Of a DNA stretch of 64,000 bases, positions 19,134 to 28,013 are shown piece by piece; the first letter of the stretch is position 1; the number at the start of each line of letters is the position of its first letter. Under the pieces are notes generated by a model, which worked only from the letters and a program-made list of their open reading frames with translations, was not told the DNA's origin and did not search any database. The translations under genes were made by a program, and so were the position numbers. Source of the stretch: Candidatus Binatia bacterium. GTDB taxonomy: Bacteria; Desulfobacterota; Binatia; UBA9968; JAJDTQ01. The stretch covers positions 3,355,912 through 3,419,911 of the forward strand of contig OY762897.2 of NCBI GenBank assembly GCA_963666515.2, given 5' to 3'.

Positions 19134-19212
19134 AGCCGGGGATTTTGCAAAGAACGGCGCTCCTGTGATAACCCCGGCTGGAGTGCCAGCAAGTCTACCA
19201 CGGAGGTGAACC

Positions 19213-20226
19213 ATGCAGAGAAGAACGAGTTTGCGAAGGTCCTTTGCGATGTCGGCCGCGGCTTCGGCGGCGATGCTCCTGTGCCTGATCGTGGGCTCCA
19301 ACGCCGGCGCCCAGAAGCTGCCGGGCAAGATCACCTGGATCGTTCCCTTCGGGCTTGGGGGCGGCACCGGGACGTCGGCGCTGCTGCTGGCTCCGAAGCT
19401 TCAGAAGACGCTCGAAGGCAACGGCGTCAAGGAAGTCAAGGTGGTGAGCCTGCCGGGGGCCGGCGGCACCGTGGGGACGAAGCGGCTCTACGGCTCGCCG
19501 GCGGACGGGAGCGTCATCGGCAGCATGCTGCCGGCGGGCGGACTGGCGCAGTCGGCGACACGGGACGTGGGCTTCGACCTGTCCAAGTTCACCTACCTGG
19601 CCAAGATTACCACCGCTCCCCGTTTCCTGTTCGTCAAGGGGGACTCCCCCATCAAGTCGCTTGACGACCTCATCGCGGAAGGAAAGAAGCGGCCCCTGAA
19701 GTTCTCCTCCGCGGGCGCGGCGTCGGCCGGATCCTTCGTGCTGGCCAACCTCATCGACAAGACCGGCATCAAGGTGAAGGACGTCACCGGGTACAAGAGC
19801 GGACGCTCGCTGGTGGTGGCGGTGGCGCGCGGCGACGTGGACACCACCATCAAGACCACCGGCGGGGTGATCACCTTCATCAAGTCCGGCGAGGTCCGAG
19901 GCCTGGTGCAGCTCTCCTCGGAGAAGGACAAGGACCCGTTCTTCCCGGACGTGCCTTCGGCCGAAGCCCTGGGACGCAAGGACCTCATGGCGGGCGGCAT
20001 CCTGTACATTCTCACGGCCGCGCCCCCCAAGGTGCCGCAGGCCGTGGCGGACGTGCTGAGCAACGCCATGCACCAGGTCATCTCGGAGTCCAAGGCGGAG
20101 TTGGAGAGCAAGGCCCAGGTCATCCACTCGCCCGCCACCGGGAAAGAGACGGCCATGCTCGTCAACAACCTGATCAAGGACTACGCGAACCTGATCGCGC
20201 TCTACAAGGCGCAGCAGAAGAAGTAG
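19213..20226 (+). CDS. tctC: tripartite tricarboxylate transporter substrate-binding protein (TctC/Bug family)
   Basis: Signal peptide, about 337 aa, Bug-family pattern (IVPFGLGGGTGTSA). Confidence 0.8.
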   Translation: MQRRTSLRRSFAMSAAASAAMLLCLIVGSNAGAQKLPGKITWIVPFGLGGGTGTSALLLAPKLQKTLEGNGVKEVKVVSLPGAGGTVGTKRLYGSPADGSVIGSMLPAGGLAQSATRDVGFDLSKFTYLAKITTAPRFLFVKGDSPIKSLDDLIAEGKKRPLKFSSAGAASAGSFVLANLIDKTGIKVKDVTGYKSGRSLVVAVARGDVDTTIKTTGGVITFIKSGEVRGLVQLSSEKDKDPFFPDVPSAEALGRKDLMAGGILYILTAAPPKVPQAVADVLSNAMHQVISESKAELESKAQVIHSPATGKETAMLVNNLIKDYANLIALYKAQQKK

Positions 20227-20266
20227 GTTCGCAGCCTCGCGGGCAACGCGCCGGAAGAGATGCTCC

Positions 20267-21781
20267 GTGATTGAGGCCATCGGTGAAGCGCTGCTGAACG
20301 TTTTCGGGTTCCCGAACGTTCTGGTGGTGCTTCTCGGCGTCACGGTGAGCATGCTGTTCGGCGCCCTGCCCGGCCTGGGCGGCATCGTCATCCTGACCCT
20401 GGCGCTGCCCATCATCATGGCGATGGAGACGCAACTGGCCATGATGGTCTTCGCCGCTTCCATCGGCGGCATCACCTTCGGCGGCTCCATCTCCGCCATC
20501 CTGCTCAACGTGCCCGGCACCGTCGCCAACATCGCCACGGTCTTCGACGGCCACCCGCTGGCCCGGCAGGGACGCGCCGGATATGCCCTGGCCATCTCCG
20601 CCACGGCGTCTGCCCTGGGGTCGGTGTTCGGCTACGTGATCTTTCTGGTGCTGCTCCCGGTGGTGCGCTCCATCGTCTTTTCCTTCGGCCCCCCGGAGTT
20701 CTTTCTCATGGCGCTGCTGGGCATCAGCATGATCGCGTCGCTGACTCAGAAGGAGCCGGTCAAGGGGCTCATCTCCGCGGGGTTGGGATTCCTGGTGGCC
20801 TTCATCGGATATTCTCCCATCACCGGGGACGTGAGGTACGCGTTCGACCTGGACTATCTCTGGGACGGGGTCCACACGGGCGTCATCGCCATCGGCATCT
20901 TCGCCGTTTCCGAGATGTTCTTCCTCGCGGTGAAGGGAGAGGAGCTGGTCCAGGACACCGACGTGGTGCGGCCCACGCTGAGGGACGTGCTGGACGGTGT
21001 CCGATTCGTGCTCGCCAACTTCTTCCTGCTGGTCCGGAGCGCGGTCATCGGCTGCGTGGTGGGCATCATCCCCGGCGTCGGCGCCAACGTCGCAGCCTTT
21101 CTGGCCTATGCCCAGGCGCAGGCGACCTCCAGGAACCGCGCCAACTTCGGCCGCGGCGCACCCGAGGGCGTGCTCGCGCCGGAGGCTTCCAACGACGCCA
21201 AGGACGGCGGCGCGCTGCTGCCCACGGTGGCCTTCGGCATCCCCGGGAGCGCGCCCCACGCCATCCTGCTGGTGGGGCTGCTGCTGCTCGGATTGAACCC
21301 GGGCAAGGAGCTGCTGACCACGCACCAGGCCACGGTCTTCACCCTGGTGCTGGCGCTGATCGCCGCCAACGTGTGGACCTCCATCCTGGGGCTCCTGTTC
21401 GCCAACCAGCTCGTCAAGATCACGCGCATCCGGGTCACGCTGATCATCCCCATCGTGCTGGTCATCAGCTTCGTCGGCGCCTTCGTGCTGCGGAACAATC
21501 TGCTGGACGCGTTCGCCGTGCTGGTGTTCGGGTTCATCGGCTACGGCATGAAGAAGTACAGCTACTCCTTCATCACCTTCATCCTCGCCTACGTGCTGGG
21601 AGAGATCGCCGAGGTGTCGCTGTTCCAGACGCTGCTGATATCGGACACGGGGTTCCTGATCTTCGTCACCCGCCCCATATCGCTGGTGCTGACCCTGCTC
21701 ATCCTCGCGGCCCTGGGCCTTCCGCTGGTGGCGCCGATCAGGCGGGCGTGGGCGCAGCGTCAACAACCGGACACCCCTTAG
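20267..21781 (+). CDS. tctA: tripartite tricarboxylate transporter large permease TctA
   Basis: 504-aa polytopic ORF directly after tctC, with typical TctA blocks (GALPGLGG, IPGVGANVAAFLAY). Confidence 0.85.
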   Translation: MIEAIGEALLNVFGFPNVLVVLLGVTVSMLFGALPGLGGIVILTLALPIIMAMETQLAMMVFAASIGGITFGGSISAILLNVPGTVANIATVFDGHPLARQGRAGYALAISATASALGSVFGYVIFLVLLPVVRSIVFSFGPPEFFLMALLGISMIASLTQKEPVKGLISAGLGFLVAFIGYSPITGDVRYAFDLDYLWDGVHTGVIAIGIFAVSEMFFLAVKGEELVQDTDVVRPTLRDVLDGVRFVLANFFLLVRSAVIGCVVGIIPGVGANVAAFLAYAQAQATSRNRANFGRGAPEGVLAPEASNDAKDGGALLPTVAFGIPGSAPHAILLVGLLLLGLNPGKELLTTHQATVFTLVLALIAANVWTSILGLLFANQLVKITRIRVTLIIPIVLVISFVGAFVLRNNLLDAFAVLVFGFIGYGMKKYSYSFITFILAYVLGEIAEVSLFQTLLISDTGFLIFVTRPISLVLTLLILAALGLPLVAPIRRAWAQRQQPDTP

Positions 21782-21787
21782 CCCCCC

Positions 21788-24700
21788 ATGACCTTCTACG
21801 CCGACCTGCACGTCCACTCCCGGTTCTCCCGCGCCACCAGCCGGAACCTGGACCTGGAGCACTTGGCCGTCTGGGCTCGCAAGAAGGGCATCGGCGTGGT
21901 GGGCACCGGCGACTTCACCCATCCGGCGTGGCGGGCCGAGTTGAAGGAGCAGCTCGTGCCGGCGGAGCCCGGGCTGTTCCGGTTGCGCGCCGACCTGGAG
22001 CGGGCGGTCGAGCGGCAGCTTCCGCCGGCCTGCGCCGGCGGCCTCGCCGCGGTGCGGTTCATGCTGTCGGTGGAGATCTCCACCATCTACAAGAAGGGCG
22101 ACAAGACCCGGAAGATACACCACCTGGTCTACTGTCCGGACTTCGACTCGGCCGACCGGCTGGTGGCCGCCCTCTCCCGCATCGGCAACCTGCACTCGGA
22201 CGGGCGGCCGATCCTGGGGCTGGACTCCCGGCACCTGCTGGAGATGACGCTGGAGTCGGGTCCGGGCTCGTACCTGGTGCCGGCGCACGTGTGGACCCCG
22301 TGGTTCGCCGCGCTGGGCTCCAAGTCCGGCTTCGACGCCGTGGACGACTGCTACGGGGACTTGGCGCCGCACATCTTCGCGGTGGAGACGGGGCTCTCGT
22401 CCGACCCGCCCATGAACTGGCGGGTGTCGTCCCTGGACCGCTTCCGGCTCATGTCCAACTCCGACGCCCACTCGCCCGAGAAGCTGGGGCGGGAGGTGTG
22501 CGTCTTCCACACCGAGATGGACTACTTTGCGTTGCGCCGGGCGCTGGAGACGGGCGAGGGCTATGGCGGCACCCTGGAGTTCTTTCCGGAAGAGGGCAAG
22601 TACCATCTCGACGGCCACCGCAACTGCAACGTCCGCCTGGAGCCGGACGAGACCCGCGGGCTCGACGGCCGCTGCCCGGCCTGCGGCAAGCCGCTGACCG
22701 TGGGGGTGATGCACCGGGTGGAGGACCTGGCCGACCGGGCTCACGACGAGGCGCCGCCGGACACCGCGGGGGACACCCGCGGGCTGATCCCGCTGCCGGA
22801 AATCCTGGGTGAGATCCACCGCGTGGGCCCCAAGAGCAAGCGGGTCGCGCAGGACTACGAAGGGCTGCTGGCGCGGCTCGGACCGGAGCTGCAACTCCTG
22901 AACAGCGTGCCGCTGGAAGACATCGGTCCGGTCGCGCCGTCGCTGGTGGCCGAGGCGGTGGCGCGTCTGCGGCGGCGGGAAGTGATCCGGGAGGCCGGCT
23001 ACGACGGCGTGTACGGCACCATCCGCCTGTTCCGGGACGCCGAGCTGGAGCGGCGGAGCCGGGGGGCGTCGCTGTTCGGGGAGGAGACCGCGGGATCGGC
23101 GACGGCTCAGGCCGCTCCGAGTGGGATGGATTCCGGCCAGGAGATCCCCCGTCCCGGAGTCGAAGCGCCGGAACGGGCCGCTCGGGCGCATGAACCGGCG
23201 GCGGACGATCCCGCGATTGCGCGCCGGGAGCCGCTCGATCCCGGTTCCGCACCCGCACCCCACCCGGCTGATGAGCGCCGGGACGGCGGCTCACCGGGAC
23301 AACTGTCGCTCCCCGCCGACCTGTCCCCCGGCGGCCGCGATCTCCTGGCCGGCCTGGACGCGGATCAGCGACGCGCGGCGGAGATCGTCGACGGACCCTT
23401 GCTGATCGTAGCCGGTCCCGGATCGGGGAAGACCCGGACCCTGACCCGCCGCATCGCCCACCTCGTCACGAACCACGGCGCGTCCCCGTCCGGCTGTCTT
23501 GCCGTCACCTTCACCCGCCGGGCCGCGGACGAGATGCGGAGCCGTCTGCGTGAGCTCCTGCCGGACGCATGGGCCGACATCCCGCTGCACACCTTCCATT
23601 CCCTAGGCTTGGACATCCTCCGGGAGCACTGGAACGCCGCGGGGTTGCAACGGGGTTTCCGGGTTGCCTCGGAGGCCGAGCGGCTTCGGCTGCTGCGGGA
23701 CGCGCTGGGGATCTCCGAGCGGCAGGCCCGCGCGCGCCAGTCGGCCATCTCCCAGGGCAAGCGGACCGGCGCGCCGTCCGCGGACGAGAAGCTCGCGCAG
23801 GCGTGGGAGGCCTACCGGCACGAGATGGAAACACGCAACTGGTGCGACTTCGACGACCTGGTCATCCGGGCTGCGGATGCCCTGGAACGCGACCCCGGAG
23901 TCCGCGAACAGGTGCGGCAACGGTATCCGTGGGTCTGCATCGACGAGTACCAGGACGTGGACGAGCAGCAGGTCCGGTTGATCAGGCAGATCGTCCCTCC
24001 CGACGGGAACATCTGCGCCATCGGCGACCCCGACCAAGCCATCTACGGCTTCCGGGGCGCAGACCGCCGGTTCTTCTCCGAGTTTACCGAACACTTTCCG
24101 GGCGCCCATGTGGTGCGGCTCAGCCGCAACTATCGCTCCAACTCCAACATCGTCACCCTCTCCTCGCAGGTCATGGCCGTAGCGGCCTCGGCCGGACCTT
24201 CCATCCCGGTGCTCGACGACGACCCCGACCGCGTCACCCTGCACGAAGCCCCGAGCGAGAAGGCCGAGGCCGAGTTCATCGTGCAGTCCCTGGAGCAGGC
24301 GCTGGGCGGCCACAGCTTCTTCTCCATCGACAGCGGCCGATCGACCGAGGCCCTGGGCCACGATCTCTCGTTCTCCGATTTTGCAGTACTCTACCGCACC
24401 GAGGCCCAGGCCGCGGCACTGGTGGAGGCGCTCCAGCGCTCCGGCATGCCCTGCCAGCAGCGCTCCCACAACCCGCTGCTGGATCATCCCGGCGTCGCCG
24501 CACTGGTGGAGGCATTGGGCCGCGCCCCGGACACCGGCTCGGTGCGCAGGCGCCTCGAAGCCGCCGGCATGGACGGCGAACCGCCGGAAGCCTGCGAGCT
24601 GCTGAAACCGCTGGCCGACGCCTGCGGCGACGACCTGGAGCGCTTCCTTTCCGAACTGGCCCTGGGCAGCCAGGTGGACACCTGGGACCCGCGCGCCGAC

Positions 24701-25039
24701 CGGATCTCGTTGCTGACCCTCCACGCCGCCAAGGGGCTCGAATTCCCCGTCGTCTTCATCGTGGGATGCGAGGACGGCGTGCTCCCCCTGACGTGGGGCA
24801 AGGCGGATCCGGACGACCTCGCCGAAGAGCGGCGCCTGTTCTACGTCGGCGTCACCCGCGCCATGAGCAAGCTCTACCTGTGCCGCGCCCGCAAGCGGCT
24901 CTGGCGCGGAAAGGTCCGCGAGCTGCCTGCTTCTCCTTTCCTCGCCGACATCGAGCAGCGGCTCCTGGAACGAAGCCGTGCGCGCCCCGCCGGACCGAGG
25001 ACACGGGAGCAGAACAGCCAGTTGGACCTGTTCAAGTAG
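21788..25039 (+). CDS. EndoQ-like PHP-domain nuclease (TIGR00375-type) fused through a low-complexity linker to a UvrD/PcrA-type helicase
   Basis: N-terminus YADLHVHSRFSRATS plus the zinc ribbon CPACGKPLTVGVMHRVEDL. After about 120 aa of Pro/Ala/Arg linker come AGPGSGKT (Walker A), IDEYQDVD and a LTLHAAKGLEFPVVF...YVGVTRA helicase C-terminus. Starts 6 nt after the tctA stop. Confidence 0.8.
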   Translation: MTFYADLHVHSRFSRATSRNLDLEHLAVWARKKGIGVVGTGDFTHPAWRAELKEQLVPAEPGLFRLRADLERAVERQLPPACAGGLAAVRFMLSVEISTIYKKGDKTRKIHHLVYCPDFDSADRLVAALSRIGNLHSDGRPILGLDSRHLLEMTLESGPGSYLVPAHVWTPWFAALGSKSGFDAVDDCYGDLAPHIFAVETGLSSDPPMNWRVSSLDRFRLMSNSDAHSPEKLGREVCVFHTEMDYFALRRALETGEGYGGTLEFFPEEGKYHLDGHRNCNVRLEPDETRGLDGRCPACGKPLTVGVMHRVEDLADRAHDEAPPDTAGDTRGLIPLPEILGEIHRVGPKSKRVAQDYEGLLARLGPELQLLNSVPLEDIGPVAPSLVAEAVARLRRREVIREAGYDGVYGTIRLFRDAELERRSRGASLFGEETAGSATAQAAPSGMDSGQEIPRPGVEAPERAARAHEPAADDPAIARREPLDPGSAPAPHPADERRDGGSPGQLSLPADLSPGGRDLLAGLDADQRRAAEIVDGPLLIVAGPGSGKTRTLTRRIAHLVTNHGASPSGCLAVTFTRRAADEMRSRLRELLPDAWADIPLHTFHSLGLDILREHWNAAGLQRGFRVASEAERLRLLRDALGISERQARARQSAISQGKRTGAPSADEKLAQAWEAYRHEMETRNWCDFDDLVIRAADALERDPGVREQVRQRYPWVCIDEYQDVDEQQVRLIRQIVPPDGNICAIGDPDQAIYGFRGADRRFFSEFTEHFPGAHVVRLSRNYRSNSNIVTLSSQVMAVAASAGPSIPVLDDDPDRVTLHEAPSEKAEAEFIVQSLEQALGGHSFFSIDSGRSTEALGHDLSFSDFAVLYRTEAQAAALVEALQRSGMPCQQRSHNPLLDHPGVAALVEALGRAPDTGSVRRRLEAAGMDGEPPEACELLKPLADACGDDLERFLSELALGSQVDTWDPRADRISLLTLHAAKGLEFPVVFIVGCEDGVLPLTWGKADPDDLAEERRLFYVGVTRAMSKLYLCRARKRLWRGKVRELPASPFLADIEQRLLERSRARPAGPRTREQNSQLDLFK

Positions 25040-25168
25040 CTTCGGACCGGCGTGGTGCGGCTGCCGGGAGCCCGACCTGCGCGATGGCTCTTGACTCTGG
25101 CCAAGGGGTTCTGGAAAACTAGGGGTTGTGACCCCGACTGTAAGTCCAACAACGAATGAGGAGACGCC

Positions 25169-25651
25169 ATGCACGCACTCAGAATGGCCCTTGTGGGCCT
25201 CGTTGCCTTGACGCTGGCCCTTGCCGGCTGCTCTGCCAACCCCGGGAAGAAGGAAGCCGTTGGAACGTTGCTGGGCGCCATCGGCGGCGGGGTCGCCGGT
25301 GCGCAAGTAGGCAAGGGGCGCGGAAAACTCGTCGCCACGGGCATCGGCACGCTCCTCGGCGCGGCCATCGGCAACGAGATCGGCAAGTCCCTGGATCGCG
25401 CCGACCGTCTGGCCATGCAGCGCACCAACCAGCAATCGCTGGAAACGGCAAAAACCGGCACCACCAGCACCTGGAAAAACCCCGATTCCGGCAACCAGGG
25501 CACGATCACGCCGAAGAAAACTTACAAGAAGCCGGACGGAACCTACTGCCGTGAGTTCCAGCAGACCGTTACGATCGGCGGCCGTACCGAGGAAGCCTAC
25601 GGCACCGCCTGCCGCCAGCCCGACGGGAGCTGGAAGCTCGTCTCGACGTAG
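25169..25651 (+). CDS. glycine-zipper lipoprotein (17-kDa surface antigen/SlyB-like) with a C-terminal surface-antigen-type domain
   Basis: Lipobox LALAGC, glycine zipper GAIGGGVAGAQVG...GIGTLLGAAIG, and a C-terminal YCREF...GTACRQPDGSW block. Confidence 0.7.
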   Translation: MHALRMALVGLVALTLALAGCSANPGKKEAVGTLLGAIGGGVAGAQVGKGRGKLVATGIGTLLGAAIGNEIGKSLDRADRLAMQRTNQQSLETAKTGTTSTWKNPDSGNQGTITPKKTYKKPDGTYCREFQQTVTIGGRTEEAYGTACRQPDGSWKLVST

Positions 25652-25654
25652 GCC

Positions 25655-26308
25655 GTGCCGCCCCCCGTTTCGCCCAATATCTACCACATCGCGCATGTCG
25701 ATCGGCTGCCGTCGATAATCACAGACGGCTACCTCTGGTGCGATGAAGAGATGACGCGACGAACCGAGGCCCAAGCCGACGTAGGCACGGCGATCGGAAT
25801 GAGCAGCATCAAGCAGAGGCGGTTGACTGAACTCTCGCTCGACAGCCATCCGGGCCTCTACGTGGGGCAGTGTGTGCCCTTCTACTTCTGCCCGCGTTCG
25901 GTCATGCTCTACGTGATCCACCGTGCAAGCCGTGACGAGCTTTCCTATCGTGGTGGGCAAGGTCCCATATTACATCTCGAAGCCGACTTGCAGGACGCTG
26001 TTCACTGGGCTGACTCCAACAAGCGTCGCTGGGCGTTCACGCTGTCGAACGCAGGAGCGTATTACTTCGAGGACCGTGCGGACTTGGCGCAACTGGTGTT
26101 TTCCAGCCGCCAACGCCGCCCGGACTTCTGTATAGAAGCGTTGCGAGCTGACGCCGACGCGCCTGACCAACTCCCAAGGAAACGAGCGCTCCAATAGGAA
26201 TTCCGCCTGTTTCGGTTCCTTGCAGTTTTGCCAATATTGAGCGTTGATGGCCGCCCAATCGAGTTCGTCCAGCCGCATCTTGCGATAATGCCGGGATGGT
26301 ACTACTGA
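25655..26308 (+). pseudogene. darT: darT (DUF4433 ssDNA thymidine ADP-ribosyltransferase toxin), disrupted by an internal 174-bp inversion. As it stands, the ORF ends at 26197.
   Basis: N-terminal DarT blocks are on the plus strand; the C-terminal block containing KQAEFL is on the minus strand at 26269..26096. Re-inversion restores a 217-aa ORF ending WYY-TGA at 26306-26308. Confidence 0.8.
26096..26269. other. inverted 174-bp (58-codon) segment within darT
   Basis: Both junctions fall on codon boundaries in the darT frame that starts at 25655. Junction microhomology is only CTG (26093-26095) / CAG (26270-26272). Confidence 0.8.
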
Positions 26309-26324
26309 CGGGCGGAAGGTAAAG

Positions 26325-27392
26325 ATGCTCGAATTCAAGACGGGCGACATTCTCGCTGAAGACGCGGACGCCTTGGTGAACACGGTGAACTGCGTGGGGG
26401 TGATGGGGCGTGGGATCGCGCTCCAGTTCAAGAATGCCTTCCCTGAGAATTTCAAGGCCTACGCCGATGCCTGTAAGCGTCACGAGGTAGAACCGGGCCG
26501 TATGTTCGTGTTCCAGACCGGCCAACTGACCAACCCGCGCTACATCATCAATTTCCCGACCAAGCGCCACTGGCGCGGAAAGAGCCGGATGGAAGACATC
26601 GACGCAGGGCTGAAGGCGCTACGGGAGGTGATCCGTGAGAATGGCATCCACTCCATTGCCATTCCTCCACTTGGCAGCGGCCTGGGTGGACTGAACTGGG
26701 GCAATGTGCGCTCCAGGATCGAAGAAGCGTTAAGAGATTTCGAAGACTTGCGCATCGTGGTATTCGAACCCGGCGAGGCGCCGAAGACTCAACAGATGCC
26801 CAAGCACCGGTCGGCGCCTGAGATGACGCCCGGTCGCGCGGCGCTTGTGGGGCTGATGGACCGCTATCTTGGGGGTCTTCTCGACCCGTCCGTGACCCTG
26901 CTCGAAGTCCATAAGTTGATGTATTTCATGAAGATCAGTGGAGAACCCGCTATGGACAAGCTCCGGGTGGTAAAGGGTCTCTACGGTCCTTACGCGGAGA
27001 ATCTGACCCATGTGCTTCGTGAGGTTGAGGGATATTTCATCTCGGGTTATCGGGACGGGGGCGACCAGCCTGAAAAGCAGATTGAACTGGTGCCGGGCGC
27101 AGTCGCCGACGCCGACGCATTCCTGGAGAAACATCCCGACACGCGCACCCGATTCGACCGCGTAGCCGATCTGGTCGCAGGCTTCGAGTCATCTTTTGGC
27201 CTCGAGCTTCTGTCGACTGTGCATTGGGTCATCACACAGGAATCTGCCAGCAATCTGGACGACCTGATCTCGCGCGTCTATGGCTGGAATGATCGCAAAA
27301 AGCAATTCTCGGCTCGCCAGATCGGCTTGGCTGCCGATGTCCTGGCGAAAAAGGGCTGGGTCGAACCTCTCCTCTCCGCTTCTGACTCATGA
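26325..27392 (+). CDS. darG: darG antitoxin (N-terminal macrodomain ADP-ribosylglycohydrolase plus DarT-binding C-terminal domain)
   Basis: Macrodomain blocks ADALVNTVNCVGVMGRGIALQF and IAIPPLGSGLGGL. 355 aa, located 16 nt after the restored darT stop. Confidence 0.85.
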   Translation: MLEFKTGDILAEDADALVNTVNCVGVMGRGIALQFKNAFPENFKAYADACKRHEVEPGRMFVFQTGQLTNPRYIINFPTKRHWRGKSRMEDIDAGLKALREVIRENGIHSIAIPPLGSGLGGLNWGNVRSRIEEALRDFEDLRIVVFEPGEAPKTQQMPKHRSAPEMTPGRAALVGLMDRYLGGLLDPSVTLLEVHKLMYFMKISGEPAMDKLRVVKGLYGPYAENLTHVLREVEGYFISGYRDGGDQPEKQIELVPGAVADADAFLEKHPDTRTRFDRVADLVAGFESSFGLELLSTVHWVITQESASNLDDLISRVYGWNDRKKQFSARQIGLAADVLAKKGWVEPLLSASDS

Positions 27393-27404
27393 CCACCGAC
27401 ACCT

Positions 27405-27442
27405 CCGAACGCCGCCTACGACGGCGTGGGCTGGGCGTTCGG
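27405..27442. terminator. candidate bidirectional hairpin between the convergent darG and tctB-like genes
   Basis: CCGAACGCC (27405-27413) pairs perfectly with GGCGTTCGG (27434-27442). There is no U-tract, so its function is uncertain. Confidence 0.3.
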
Positions 27443-27463
27443 CCCCGCTGATCGGAAGCCCGC

Positions 27464-27979
27464 TTACAGCCCCACCGCCTTCCACACCACCCCCTCGTGC
27501 AGGGGCGCGCCCATGACGACGATGAAGACGACGTAGACGAACGCCCAGGTGACCGCGGTGATGGAGAGGGTCATGAGCCAGCTCTCGGAGGAGCGGAGGC
27601 GCAGGAACAGGATGAGGAACAGGGGGATGGCCACGAGGTAGCCCAGGAAGTAGATCAGCGCAATCAGCAGCAGCAGCCAGGCGGCGAAGTTGAGTTCGCG
27701 GCGGTAGACGGCGCTGGAGGAGCCGGTCTCCTCGGAGGGTTCGGCGGCGCGGCCGGTATCGATGCCGAAGAGGTCGTATTCCTGCAGGAAGCTGAAGCGG
27801 CGGGCGACCGCGGGAACCATGTCGATCAGAAGCTGGAGCAGGGTGAGCAGCAGCGTGGGGACGGCGATGATGAGCGGCACCAGCCGGGCCCTCGGCTGGT
27901 AGTCCAGGGACAGAACCAGGAAGCCCAGGACCAGGACGAAGACCGCGAGAGTGAAAAGGGTCCTGTCGTTCAGCCTCAC
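27464..27979 (-). CDS. small 4-TM membrane protein, TctB-like
   Basis: 171 aa with four hydrophobic helices and a size/topology typical of TctB. Call rests on topology and context only. Confidence 0.45.
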   Translation of the reverse strand: MRLNDRTLFTLAVFVLVLGFLVLSLDYQPRARLVPLIIAVPTLLLTLLQLLIDMVPAVARRFSFLQEYDLFGIDTGRAAEPSEETGSSSAVYRRELNFAAWLLLLIALIYFLGYLVAIPLFLILFLRLRSSESWLMTLSITAVTWAFVYVVFIVVMGAPLHEGVVWKAVGL

Positions 27980-28013
27980 GGGTGCACCTTACGCCTGACC
28001 GAGGCCGCGTCCA

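Noticed and set aside
25970-26455. 161-aa minus-strand ORF overlapping the darT-darG junction.
   Set aside because: It is a chimera. Its middle is the inverted darT C-terminal block, and its ends are antisense to the darG 5' region and to darT. It is informative as evidence for the inversion but is not a gene.
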